A DNA stretch of 64,000 nt from a bacterium. Its GTDB lineage: Bacteria; Zhuqueibacterota; Zhuqueibacteria; Residuimicrobiales; Krinioviventaceae. This document shows, one piece after another, positions 29,717 through 41,240 of this stretch. The notes beneath the pieces are model-generated. The model was given only the letters and a program-made list of their open reading frames with translations. It had not been told where the DNA came from and did not search any database. A program made the position numbers and the translations under genes. How positions within the stretch are numbered: position 1 is the stretch's first letter; every line of letters starts with the position of its first letter. The stretch spans positions 288,001 through 352,000 of the forward strand of contig CAXXFV010000006.1 in NCBI GenBank assembly GCA_963674595.2, read 5' to 3'.

Positions 29717-31036
29717 ATGAAAAAACCTATTGTTGCCATAGTCGGCAGACCTAATGTTGGTAAATCAACATTATTTAACAGAATATTACAAAAAAGAGAA
29801 GCTATTGTTGCCGATGTTTCCGGCGTAACCCGTGACCGTCTTTCGGCAACGGCCGAATGGGCCGGTGTTGAATTTGAACTGTTGGATACCGGCGGCTATG
29901 TTCCTTCGTCAGAAGATGTGTTTGAAAAAGCCATCCGTGAGCAGGTTGACTATGCCATCCATGAAGCGGATGTTATTGTTTTTGTAACGGATATTGTAAC
30001 CGGTATTACCTCGATTGATGAAGATGTCGCCAAGATATTAAAACAAAAAAAGGTTAACGTAATTTTAGCCGTTAATAAAGTTGATAACGAGTTACGAGAA
30101 CCTGAGCAGTATGTATTTTTAAAACTTGGTCTTGGTGATCCGGTCCCGGTTTCTGCCATCAGTGGACGCCGAATGGGCGATTTTTTAGACAAAGTAATTG
30201 AACAGTTACCTATAACTGATCAGGTTGAAGAGATTATTGATGAGGATGCTATTCGAATAGCTATCATTGGCAGACCTAACGTTGGCAAATCCTCCTATAT
30301 CAATGCGATCCTCGGCAAAGAAAAACATATCGTCACAGATATTCCGGGAACAACACGTGATGCCGTTGATACCTTGATAAAACGGGAGGATCACAATTTT
30401 ATTCTTGTTGATACAGCGGGTTTACGTCGTAAAGCCCGTGTTAAAGAGAATATTGAATATTTCAGCAATGTTAGGACCATACATGCATTACACCGCTGCG
30501 ATATTGCGATTGTCTTGATCGATGCGACGGATGGAATGACAGACCAGGACAAAAAAATTATTGATACGGCTATCCGTGCCGGCAGGGGAGTGGCACTGGC
30601 TGTGAATAAATGGGACTTGATTAAAAAGGACACCAATACGGCCAGAGAGTTTGAATTGGATTTTAAACAAAATTTTCGTGATATGGCTTATATACCGATC
30701 ATGTTCATATCGGCCCTGGAAAAGCAGCGTATTTTTAAATTGCTGGATTTAGCTGCCGCCATCTATCAGGAAAGGAAAAAACGTATCCAAACTGCTGATT
30801 TGAATAAATTTCTTGAAGATGCTATTGAAAAGAACCACCCGCCGGCTTATGGTGACAAGTATGTAAAGATCAACTATGCTACCCAAACAAAATCGGCCCC
30901 GCCAATGATTACCTTTTTTTCAAATGAACCAAAGGGCATTAAAAAGAACTATAAAAACTATCTTGAAAATTTACTGCGTCAACAATTCGGATTTATGGGA
31001 GTACCGATCAGGCTTCATTTCAGAAAGAAAAACTAG
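29717..31036 (+). CDS. der: Ribosome biogenesis GTPase Der
   Basis: Two GRPNVGKS P-loops, DTGG/DTAG, NKVD/NKWD and a KH-like C-terminus. Confidence 0.97.
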   Translation: MKKPIVAIVGRPNVGKSTLFNRILQKREAIVADVSGVTRDRLSATAEWAGVEFELLDTGGYVPSSEDVFEKAIREQVDYAIHEADVIVFVTDIVTGITSIDEDVAKILKQKKVNVILAVNKVDNELREPEQYVFLKLGLGDPVPVSAISGRRMGDFLDKVIEQLPITDQVEEIIDEDAIRIAIIGRPNVGKSSYINAILGKEKHIVTDIPGTTRDAVDTLIKREDHNFILVDTAGLRRKARVKENIEYFSNVRTIHALHRCDIAIVLIDATDGMTDQDKKIIDTAIRAGRGVALAVNKWDLIKKDTNTAREFELDFKQNFRDMAYIPIMFISALEKQRIFKLLDLAAAIYQERKKRIQTADLNKFLEDAIEKNHPPAYGDKYVKINYATQTKSAPPMITFFSNEPKGIKKNYKNYLENLLRQQFGFMGVPIRLHFRKKN

Positions 31037-31039
31037 ATT

Positions 31040-32768
31040 ATGTCGGCTATTCGTAAATTTAAAATAATATTGGTCCTGCTCACAGGTTGTATGCTTTGGA
31101 ATCAGGCTGCATTTGCCAAACCATACCTTGCCAGTGTTTTAGAACAAGATAAAAATGATGGTGTCATATCATTGGGGATGACTTATTATTACCAGTATCA
31201 GGCCAGAATTGGTAAGATAAATCAATTACCTGAAAAATATCAAACATACTCTGTATCGCCAAATCACTCATTTTCTCTGTTTAAATCAGAGGTTAAATAC
31301 CATTGGTCTGAATTTTCTTTACAGGAACAGCAATTACTCATGCCAATGTTTTGGCGTCCGTCGAGTTCAGAATTACCGTTAACTATCAAGAGTCCTTCGG
31401 GATATTTTTTAATTCATTATACTAACGAAGGTGAAGACGCCGTTTCGCAAGAGTTTTTATCTGCTGCTGCTGAAAACTTTGATCTGACTTATAATTATCT
31501 TGTTAACCAATTGGGCTTTTATCCGCCGCCTGTCGATAATATAGATTCACCTGAATATGATATTTACATCCGTAACCAAAATTCCGGAGATTATGGTAGT
31601 ACAACATCTGAAAGCGCGGATTTATCGACTACGAGAGATGACTATAGCAGTTGGATTGAAATTGACAATGATTTTACCCAAACTTTTACAAAAGGATTGA
31701 ATGGCTTGCGTGTAACGGCAACACATGAATTTTTTCATGCTATTCATTTTGGTTATAAATCATTTACCAATGAACTGGATCGTTTTTTTTTATGAAGCAA
31801 GCGCTACATGGCTGGAAGATCAGTTGCAAGATGATATTAACGATTATCTTCAATATCTTCCGGATATGTTTCAAGCTTTTTATATACCTGTTTACAAACA
31901 TCATTATGCTTTTTGTATTTTTAATAAAATGCTGGAAAAAAAGTATGGTGCGGCTATCATTAAAAGGATGTGGGATGAATTCATTTCTTATCGCTCTTTT
32001 GAGGCTATAGACAGGGCTTGTAACTTTTATAACAGTTCTTTTGCCTACGAGTTGACCGATTTTGCCATTTGGAATGTTTATACCGGTGACAAGGCAGATA
32101 CCCTTCATTATTATTCAGAGGGTAATTTATTTCCCAGTATACAACCGATGCAGGCTGCTAATTTAAATTCCGAGGTGGTATTTCAGGATAATGCGCAAAA
32201 TTATTCTTTAAATTATTATTCCATATCTGTTAAAACAAACAATAATTTTGTGCTTGAACCCACATTTGAATCATCACAATATTGGAAATGTGCCAGTGTA
32301 CTGGAGCAGACAGATAATCATTTTGAGAACCAAATGACCAGTGGCGAAGGTGAACAGGAATTTAACTTGATAGTTGGTGACAAGTTATGGCTTGCCGCTG
32401 TTCATACGACTTGGTCAAGTTCATCTAATTCAAATCCCTATAAATTGACAGTAAAAACCGGTGATATAACGAACCATTCAGACGATACTGTTGAAATTTT
32501 CCCAAATCCTTTCAAGCCCGAACAAGCAACATGGGTGTTTTTTAAATATTGTATTGATTCACCGTCTGATAATTCCGTTATGTCAATTTTAAATGAAAAT
32601 GGAACGCTCGTAAAACAAATTGAGTTGGGTAAGCAGTTATGCGGGCAAAATACAACCAAATGGGATGGAAAAACAAAAGACGGTGTAAATGCTGCCTCCG
32701 GCGTTTACCTGGTGTTGTTTCAGGGTAACGAAATAAAGAAACCATCCAAATTTTTACTAGTTAGGTAA
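31040..32768 (+). CDS. Secreted HEXXH metalloprotease (MXAN_6640-like) with C-terminal FlgD-Ig/T9SS-like domain (about 575 aa; extra T at about 31790)
   Basis: FLIHY, IEIDND and ATHEFFHAIH motifs. Removing one T from the T9 run joins to FFYEASATWLED. C-terminus FPNPF..WDGKTKDG..AASGVYL. Confidence 0.75.
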
Positions 32769-32794
32769 TACAAACCTGTTTTAAATGGATAGAT

Positions 32795-33750
32795 ATGATG
32801 AAAGCTTTGATATATGATGATAAACTTTTAATTAAAGAAATTCCCAAACCTGAAAGACAAAAGAACCAATCTTTAATTAAAGTGATATTAGCCGGAATTT
32901 GCAATACAGATTTGGAAATATTAAAGGGCTATATGGCATTTAAAGGCGTATTGGGCCATGAATTTGTCGGTATTGTTGAAGAAAGTGATTCACCATCTCT
33001 TATTGGTAAAAGAGTAATCGGTGAAATTAACGTTGCCTGTAAGGTTTGTGATTATTGTAGAAAAGGTTTACAACGACATTGTCCTACACGGTCTGTTATT
33101 GGTATTGCCGGCCACCAGGGTGCCTTTGCAGAGTATATTGTTCTACCGGATGATAACATTCATATTATTGATGATGCTATTGCTAATAATGAGGCGGTTT
33201 TTACCGAACCCCTGGCTGCCGCTTTGGAAATTTTAGAACAGATCAAGATTGAACCCGATCATAAAGTTTGCATCATTGGCGATGGAAAATTAGCACTGTT
33301 GATTGTACAGGTCCTTTTATTAACGGGGGCTGATATTTTAATGATAGGAAAACATACAAAAAATTTGACATTTGCAGAACAACTGGCGCGCGTGTTTATA
33401 AATATCCACAAACGCCTGACATCAAATATGATATTGTGGTCGAAGCATCCGGCAGCCCTAATGGATTTGATACGGCATTAAACATTATAAAACCACGCGG
33501 TATTATGGTATGTAAAAGTACTTTTCATGAAATGTTAAATTTTAATATCGCTAAAATTATTATAGATGAAATAACACTGGTTGGTTCACGTTGCGGTCTT
33601 TTTGCACCTGCACTTCGCTTGCTAAAAAATAATAAAATATTGGTAGAACCAATTATTTCTGATATTTTTCCTTTTTCTGAATCTGTAGCTGCTTTTGAAT
33701 ATGCTCAGCAAAAGGGAGTATTAAAAGTACTGCTTGATTTTCAGAAATGA
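32795..33750 (+). CDS. Zn-dependent alcohol dehydrogenase, MDR family (about 318 aa; one G missing at about 33385)
   Basis: GICNTD, GHEFVG, CKVCDYC..C and GDGKL motifs. Changing ctggcgcg to ctgggcgcg restores LGARVYKYPQTPDIKYDIVVEASG. Confidence 0.85.
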
Positions 33751-33806
33751 AACTGTGTCTTATTTTAATACATTATTCTTAATTTATTGAAAAAATTAAA
33801 AAATAA

Positions 33807-33835
33807 TTGACACTTTCAATATTTTTACTTAACTT
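33807..33835 (+). promoter_or_regulatory. Candidate sigma70 promoter
   Basis: TTGACA-17 nt-TAACTT. Confidence 0.45.
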
Positions 33836-33990
33836 ACGATGGTTTTTAAGGTTTAGCAGTATATTGAAAAACGGCTTTAAAATTAACCTGTTAATTATTA
33901 GATGTTTAAGTAGTATAAAACGGGTAAGTAAAATCTCCTCATAAAGCTCGTTTTCCAAATGGACTTGGAAGGTAAGGCAACTTGGTAAGG

Positions 33991-34005
33991 TGGCATAAAA
34001 ATTGC
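33991..34005 (+). promoter_or_regulatory. Candidate sigma54 (-24/-12) promoter
   Basis: TGGCAT-AAAAA-TTGC with GG-N10-GC spacing, 52 bp upstream of the ATG at 34058. Confidence 0.65.
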
Positions 34006-34057
34006 GTAAAGTAACGCAAATTAACGAAACCACCATTTAAAGCAACAAAGGTCTAGA

Positions 34058-34591
34058 ATGGAAGAGCTGTTCTATTTTTCCACATTTGATTTATTAATCA
34101 AAACAAAATATGCCCAAGAGGCAAATTCCCTTCGTTATGCCACGCATCGTTCAATATCAATTGACGAAAAAAAGGCTGTTGAAAGCTATGTTTTAGAAGA
34201 AGTTGCGCCTAAAACAGACTATTACCAAAAGTCTCCTTCTTTATTACTTTACATGGGTGTGGATGTTACTTTGGCTAAAGAATTAAAGTTTTATCGTGTT
34301 CAAAACACATTAAAAGACATTCTTGATAACAAAGCGATGGTCGATAAGGAAGTACAAAATGTAATTTCTAAATCGTTAAGCAATTACTATTTTGAAAGAA
34401 TAGGCGACAAGCTAATAATTTTAAGAGATTTTATTCAGGAAGATCAGTCCGATGAAAAAATCGAAAATGTTTTCCTGGAAATTTCTATTTTGCTTGAAGC
34501 ATACAACATAAACTCTGGTCAAAATATTGAAATTAAAGATATTTTACCTTTTCAAGCAAAAAAGTTTTATCAACAGTTTACACAACATTAA
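34058..34591 (+). CDS. Hypothetical cytoplasmic protein
   Basis: 177-aa ORF with normal composition; no family recognised. Confidence 0.7.
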   Translation: MEELFYFSTFDLLIKTKYAQEANSLRYATHRSISIDEKKAVESYVLEEVAPKTDYYQKSPSLLLYMGVDVTLAKELKFYRVQNTLKDILDNKAMVDKEVQNVISKSLSNYYFERIGDKLIILRDFIQEDQSDEKIENVFLEISILLEAYNINSGQNIEIKDILPFQAKKFYQQFTQH

Positions 34592-34651
34592 CAAGCATTG
34601 GTTTTGAACAAGGCATTGATATTGAGTTCAACACCATGAAGGGAGAATAAG

Positions 34652-35975
34652 ATGAAGTATATAGGAATTTTTTTAACGGTTATTTTTTTTGGTTGTATCT
34701 TCAACCGTTTTCTCTCAACAATCGAATTCCGGTTCCAATTTTGGTATGGGTTTAAATGTGGGAGTTCAAAAACCATTTTGTGATAAAGAGCATACCGCTG
34801 TTGCACCTGCCGGCGAATTTATGGCCAAGTACTTTTTCAGCAAAAAATTCAGCTTAACATTTGGGCTTGGCTTTGGCATGCTTGGTGATGGTTATTTTGA
34901 TGATAGCTCTTTTGAAACCAATTTAATCACAGGTGATTTGAGAGCAAATATTGGTCTTCTTGACCCGGGCAAAGTCAATCCATTCGTCACAATCGGTGCC
35001 GGTATTTTTAATTTTCAGTATAATCCGACCGCTAGTTATGCGCCCGGTTATGCCAAGTTAAAAGATCAGGGATTTTCAGATAACCGATTTTTCGACGGTT
35101 CACTCATCGTCGGTGGTGGTATGGAAATTATGAATTCTTCACGTCTCGGCATTAATCTTTCCGCAGACTATCGTTTTACCACAAGCGATGATATTGACGG
35201 CGGTTCTTATTTGGGTGACAGTAAAGACGGTTATTTAAATTTAAGAGCCGGTTTTATTTACTATATGGGCGACAGACCCACCCGACCTGGACCTACGGAT
35301 GATGATTTACTCGCCCTTCAAGGCGTTGAATATGGTGAAGTTGAAGAATCTGAATTTGCAGATGACAGTGATAATTTAGCAATGTTTGAAGCTAAACTGG
35401 ATAAGCTTGAAGCATCTGAATCTGATTTTTCAATGGAACAATATGTCAGACTTAAATCAAGAGTTGACGAATTAAATCGGTTAATTGATGATAAGGAACG
35501 GGAATTGGATGGTTTACGGGCAAGTCTTGATTTTAAAAATCAAAGAATTTCCGACCTTGAAGGTGAATTACAACAACCATACAGTTCCAGTTATGTTGGA
35601 TCAGATCAATTTTCTGTAGAATATGAAGAAGCGCTGAGAACATTTTATTCACGAGATTATAGTTCCGCAATCAGAATTTTTAGTGATTTAATCCAGAGAT
35701 TCCCTTCTCATAAACTTGCCAGTAATTGTCAATACTGGATAGGGGAGAGTTACTTTGGAATGAGTGATTTTTCAAGAGCTTCAGACGCATTTCAAAATGT
35801 ATTTGATTATCACTTGTCCTACAAAAAAGATGATGCTACTTTAATGCTGGGACGATGTTATCAAAAAATGCAGGATACCGACACAGCGCGTCGTTACTTT
35901 CAGGAAGTTATCGATGTTTATCCTTCCAGTGAATATGTTGGGAAAGCCAAGGAGTGGCTCGATAGAATTGGATAG
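34652..35975 (+). CDS. Outer-membrane beta-barrel fused to coiled coil and CpoB/YbgF-like TPR (about 440 aa; extra T at about 34690)
   Basis: gggaga RBS and ATG 34652 give a signal peptide once one T is removed. Barrel strands (VNPFVTIGAG, LSADYRFT, LNLRAGFIYY), heptad region, then LASNCQYWIGESY..KKDDA..YPSSEY. Confidence 0.75.
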
Positions 35976-35977
35976 TT

Positions 35978-36013
35978 AAAAAAAAAGCCGTCAAAAATGA
36001 CGGCTTTTTTTTT
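35978..36013. terminator. Bidirectional intrinsic terminator
   Basis: A-tract, gccgtca / tgacggc stem, T-tract, between convergent genes. Confidence 0.9.
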
Positions 36014-36021
36014 GTCTTTAT

Positions 36022-37234
36022 TTAAAACGCACTAACTAATCCCAATGTAATTATATTTTTATCATATTCAAGATTTCGTGTATATTCTCCAATAATTCGT
36101 AAATTCCTTGCAATGAGAAAAGTGCTGCTAAATGTGGCGGTTTCATAGTTTTCCAAAGTTTGTGTAAAATTATTATTCTGATCAGATTTGAACTTGATTT
36201 TATTATACAGCAGTGTAAAATAAACCCTGGATCGATCAAGTTTTGGAGAAATAACGGTTTCCAGTATAATTCCATCGCATTCAATGTCTTTGGTAACAGA
36301 GTCGAAAAACGGATTTGTATCTTTTCGTTTTAAATATTGTCCTGTTACTTCTACAGGTCCAATGCCTATGTTGAAATCCGTTCCCAGGTAGGTTATTTCA
36401 TTTTTTTCACCTGAACTCAGGGTTGTGGCCTCTAACTCTTCATTACCTTTGTAATATAACCCGCCAATACTAAAATGTTCACCAATACCCTGGTTTAAAC
36501 GAAAACCAATGTTTTTTATTCGAATCATTATCGAATTTTTTATCATTTCCTGCTTCGTCCTTCCCGTTGCCATTGACCAGCATCCCAACTAAATCAGTGC
36601 CTGTTTTTTCAATCCCGTAAACAACCATTATGCCGCGATCATAAGCAAGATTGGTATTAGAGTGCCCAACACTGGTTTTATAGATCATATAATCTTCAAC
36701 CGTTAATCGAAGTTCCCGTTTCATTAAAGGATCAGAGGTTTGAAACTGACCAACCATAATATCAAAATTCGTATCACCAACATTGTCAAAATGAATATAG
36801 GCGTCTTCTATACCGGCCACTTCACCTCGTTCAGACATATAAAAGTAAAAATAATATCCTATATTTTTGTAAAGTGCGCCTCCGGATAAAAGTTTAATTC
36901 CCCAGGGTGTTTGCAGATCTTTTTCCACAAACTGGTCCTGCTCATATTGAGCAAAGGCATCAAAACGAACAGCAATCGGAAAGTCTTTATTCAGCCAAAG
37001 AAGATCATCTCCGGCCGAGACATAATTACGTTTGTTTTCTTCCTCTTTAATTATAAAACCATTTCCTGCAAATTCATCTCCATAGGGTTTTAATTTTGGC
37101 ATCGGTGAATGGCAGGTACTGCATGAAATTTTATAACGCCGTGCAAAAGCAGGAATAGCCATGACATTTGCAGCCAAAAAAAGTAATGTCAATAGAGTTG
37201 TCAACATTAATGTTAAATTTAAATGCTTTTTCAT
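36022..37234 (-). CDS. Cyc2-like monoheme cytochrome c-porin fusion (about 403 aa; extra A at about 36515)
   Basis: Signal peptide then AIPAFARRYKISCSTCHSPMPKL; beta-barrel body ending in terminal Phe (LGLVSAF). Removing one A joins DNDSN to KNIGFRLNQ. Confidence 0.75.
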
Positions 37235-37247
37235 GGGAAACCTCCAC

Positions 37248-38586
37248 TTAGTCGTAAACTTCTATCCAGGTTGTTGTAGAATTTACCGGAATAATTTCGC
37301 TTTCCTCTGCTGGTACACCAAGAAAATCGGCAACCGGTTTTACCAATTTTTGAAAGTTCAACTCTGCGTAAAAAGTAACTTTACCCAAAGCAATATCTTC
37401 AGGCAGTTGCCAGGTAAATGTTTCAATTTTGGTTTCCCTGGGACCAATTCTATAATCCACTCCTAGTGATTTTGTGTTCCATTGCATTATTGTCATAATC
37501 CCGGACGGATCAAAATAAGGCATTCTGAAAATTCGGTCTCCAACAGGAATTCCATCCCGTTCCACTCCTTTGAAATCAGGAATACCTTTGGGTACACCCA
37601 TATCAATATAAGCTAAATCATTGGAGCCGATTGTATATTCTTCTCCATCAAACCCTTTTTTGTCAACAGGAATATGATATTCTTTACCATCAGCATCTTT
37701 GGCTGTAACATGCAGCCACATGATTCTATCTTCTACTGAACCGGTTGGAATTTTATGGCCGGCCTTGCCATTAAAAAGCTGAACTTTTAACACAACGGTT
37801 TCATCATATTCCAGTTCCCGAATTTGAGGATGCATACGTAATTCGATTGCTCCGGCTACTTTACCCGGATCGTGTGCACCATGAAACAAGTGCTGCGCAA
37901 CCATGTCTTCTTTTGCCATTTTAGCATTTTTACCCATTGCCTTTGGCATGTGACATTGATGGCAGGGAACTCCCTGCTTGGAATAGGGACCTTCCTGCCA
38001 TTCTAATTGTGTAGATTTTACCCAGATACCAAACGGATTTTTTTCATTATGACAGTTACCACAAAATTCGGCTGCTTTGTAGATTTCTAAAAATCTGGTT
38101 TCATGATGAGGAGAAACAAGACCCGGTTTTTGCACCATATTTAACCCGGCCCGGCTCGGACATAAAGCTAAAATTAAAAGGAACATCACCTTTATATCCG
38201 GTAATTGTGTGGCAAACTTCGCAGCTTACACTTTCATTTGCACGTGAGTTTTCAGATGGTCGTGGAGGAGTTACATCTCCTGCCATATAGGCCAATGGCG
38301 TATGGCACCCGTTACAACCGTCAACAGGTCCTTTTAATTCAGGAACCTTTTCAGCATGCGCAACAGCTAAATCAAAATATTCAATTTCATCCCAATGATG
38401 CGTGTAAGCTTGAGACATCATAGCCTGTGTCCATTGTTGATAGATATCCGTATGGCAGCTTGCACAGGCTTGCGGTTTTTCATATTGATCGTATTTTTTA
38501 CTGCCTAATGCCTCTTCACCAGCAGGATTGCCGTACAGAGAAACAATACAAAGCAAAAGTACCAAAAAACTAGAAATTACCCTCAT
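37248..38586 (-). CDS. Periplasmic pentaheme c-type cytochrome (c554-like family; about 445 aa; extra A at about 38130)
   Basis: CASCH, CNGCH, CEVCH, CGNCH and CHQCH. Removing one A gives VKYGAKPGLVSPHHET. Signal peptide and aaggag RBS; C-terminal GHKIPTG domain. Confidence 0.8.
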
Positions 38587-38625
38587 CACATGTCTCCTTG
38601 ATAATGACAATTTACACGTAATTAT

Positions 38626-39000
38626 TTATTTTGTCCACAATCCATGAAGGTTGCAGTATTCCCGTACCTTAATTATTTCGTCATCTATGGAGAATTCTGC
38701 TTCCGGTGAATCACCAGGATTTAACATTTTGGTATAAATTTTATTTTTTGTTATTACCTGGATCCATTGAATATAGTGTTTTTCTTCCATTGGGTGAGAT
38801 ACACTGCCGACTTTGACTAAAACTTTGTTTCCATTTTGCTCGACAACAGGTACATGTTTTTCAACAGCCGCATCAACAGTGTTTTCCGTTAATAAATTCA
38901 TAGCTTTACCACAACATGTCAATGTGCCGCCACCTACTGACACAACCTGTATTATATTTCCACAAACACTGCATTTAAATACCTGGTTTTGTTCCAACAT
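38626..39000 (-). CDS. dfx: Desulfoferrodoxin (2Fe superoxide reductase)
   Basis: CSVCGN..CCG desulforedoxin domain; EKHVP, HPM..HYIQWI and CNLHGLW; ggagg RBS before ATG 39000. Confidence 0.95.
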   Translation of the reverse strand: MLEQNQVFKCSVCGNIIQVVSVGGGTLTCCGKAMNLLTENTVDAAVEKHVPVVEQNGNKVLVKVGSVSHPMEEKHYIQWIQVITKNKIYTKMLNPGDSPEAEFSIDDEIIKVREYCNLHGLWTK

Positions 39001-39266
39001 GATAATCCTCCATATGTTTATTCTGTACATTTATTGTTATCTGGTTTCCCAATTATTATCTTAAATATATTAAATATTTAGAGACAATTCCATAACGAAA
39101 TTAAAAAAATCAAACTACACAACATTTTGCTCAAATTCTGTTATGTATATTTTGTATATACTTAAAATTGTAAAATATTGTATAAAAATTCTTTGCACAT
39201 CTATATTTTTATTTATATATTGCCTAGATTAGGAACAACTTGGAAATATTATATTTCGGACTACTT

Positions 39267-40336
39267 ATGGGCAGGTTTCATTTCTTTAACTCTTTTTTTA
39301 GTAAAATATCTCTTGGATTTTTTAAAGAAGTTGCAATTCTACAGGTTTTAAAATGTTTAACAGTTAAACGTTTTATTAATATAATTCAAACAAGTTTATC
39401 TTTTTTTTTTATCTGCAATTTTAAAAAAGAATATTGTTTGGGGTTACCCGATTATACTTAATATAGAACCCACAAACACCTGTAATCTTCATTGTCCTTT
39501 ATGCACTACAGGCAGTAACAATATGACCCGACCAAGAGGCAAACTGAGTTTTGAACTATTTAAAAATGTTTTAGACCAAATAGGCGATAAAATTTTATAC
39601 GTTACATTGTATGCACAGGGAGAACCGTTTTTAAATAAAGACATAAACAAATTCATAAAATATGCCAAAGATAAAGGTGTTTATGTCAATACAAGTACAA
39701 ATGCTCATTTTTTTACTACAAAAGAACAAGCTGTTTCCGTGGTAAAAAGCGGGCTGGACAGTATGATTATTTCTCTTGATGGTGTTACTCAGGAAAGTTT
39801 TAGTTACTATCGACGTGGTGGAGAGCTGCAAACAGTATTAACAGGCATTAAAAATCTCGTTAAATCAAAAAAGGAATATAACGCACGCACTCCTTTTTTG
39901 TATTTACAATTTTTAGTTATGAAACATAATGAACATGAAATCCCTGAAATAAAAAAATTGGCAAAAGAACTTGACGTTAACAGACTATTGATCAAGACAA
40001 TTCAGGTGCACAGTCTTGAGGAAGCGAAGGAATGGTTACCTCAAAATGAAAAATTAAAAAGATATCATGTTACTTTTGATTCATTTACCGTTAAACAAGG
40101 AAAGGGAATATGTCCTCGTCCCTGGTTAACCACATTGGTTGATTGGGACGGACTGGTCGTTCCATGTTGTTTTGATAAAAACGGCGAATTTCCCATGGGA
40201 AATGTTTCAACATCTGATTTTGACTCTGTCTGGTCTTCTAAAAATTACCAAAATTTTAGAAAAAAAATGGTAAAAAATAGAAATAGTATAAAAAATTTGT
40301 AAAAATTGTAATTATGGCATCGGTCTTTTTAAATAA
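39267..40336 (+). CDS. Radical SAM / SPASM-twitch domain protein (about 355 aa; extra bases at about 39410 and 40291)
   Basis: Removing one T from the T10 run gives IEPTNTCNLHCPLC; QGEPF and ISLDG motifs; CPRPW..DGLVVPCC. Removing one A restores C-terminal ICKNC. Confidence 0.8.
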
Positions 40337-40348
40337 ATTGAGCATTAA

Positions 40349-41182
40349 ATGAAGAAAAATATAAATCATGATTTTTATGATGAATATCATAAAAAACTCA
40401 TATATAATAATCCTGAAAAACAAAAAATAGCCCGTGACATGCTGGAAAGATATACTGGCACTGATGCCTCGGAATTTAAGGAATATATTATATTAACCAA
40501 TTTTTTCAATTATTTAAAAATGTTTTCATCTACTTATAATAGTAAAATAATTGATGGAACTGTTTTGTCTGTGGTACACAGTAACGATGTGAATATCAGT
40601 ATGGTAGATATTAATATTGGTGCACCTACGGCTGCACTAATAATTGAAATTCTAAGTGTTATTAGACCCAAAGCTGTACTTTTCCTTGGAATGTGCGGTG
40701 GTTTAAATTCGGTTTTAAATGTGGGCGATTTTTTAATTCCTATCGCTGCCATCAGAGACGAAGGTGTTTCCTCTCATTTCATTCCACCACAGGTACCATC
40801 TTTGCCGACTTTTGAAATTCAAAAATTAACCAGTCAGATCATTATTGAAAACGGTTTGGATTATCATACAGGCGTTGTGCATACCACTGACGTTCGATTT
40901 TGGGAATTTGATGAAATGTTTAAACGAGTTCTATATGAAGAACGTGCTGTTGCCATCGATATGGAATGTTCTGCCTTATTTTCTGTAGGATTTGTCTGCA
41001 AAGTGCCTATTGGCGCTTTATTACTTGTTTCTGATTTGCCTCTTGTTGATGGAGGGATTAAAACAAAAGAATCATCTAAAAAGGTTTTTCAAGATTTCAC
41101 TAATAAGCATATTGAACTTGGTATAGAAACTATGATTCAAATTCAAAAAAGGGGAGAGCATATTCGATATTATCGCTGGTAA
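40349..41182 (+). CDS. amn: AMP nucleosidase (short type, PNP/UDP family)
   Basis: MLERYTG, IILTNF, FLGMCGGL, AIRDEG, RFWE, AIDMEC and LLVSDLP motifs. Confidence 0.85.
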   Translation: MKKNINHDFYDEYHKKLIYNNPEKQKIARDMLERYTGTDASEFKEYIILTNFFNYLKMFSSTYNSKIIDGTVLSVVHSNDVNISMVDINIGAPTAALIIEILSVIRPKAVLFLGMCGGLNSVLNVGDFLIPIAAIRDEGVSSHFIPPQVPSLPTFEIQKLTSQIIIENGLDYHTGVVHTTDVRFWEFDEMFKRVLYEERAVAIDMECSALFSVGFVCKVPIGALLLVSDLPLVDGGIKTKESSKKVFQDFTNKHIELGIETMIQIQKRGEHIRYYRW

Positions 41183-41240
41183 CCATGTTGTATTATTACA
41201 AGACTAATATTTTCATTTTTTAATATAAGGAGATTAGTTA

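Noticed and set aside
33990-34036. Structured ncRNA or riboswitch (ggtgg/ccacc and ttgcgt/acgcaa stems)
   Set aside because: The stems are short, match no riboswitch I recognise, and overlap a well-spaced sigma54 motif that explains the sequence better.
38101-38103. TGA ending the first cytochrome fragment as selenocysteine or readthrough (likewise TGA at 31793 and 43561)
   Set aside because: The downstream coding sequence continues in a different frame, so an indel rather than recoding explains it.
39267-40336. RiPP cluster around the radical SAM/SPASM enzyme
   Set aside because: No precursor peptide, RRE domain, protease or exporter is adjacent; the neighbours are housekeeping genes.
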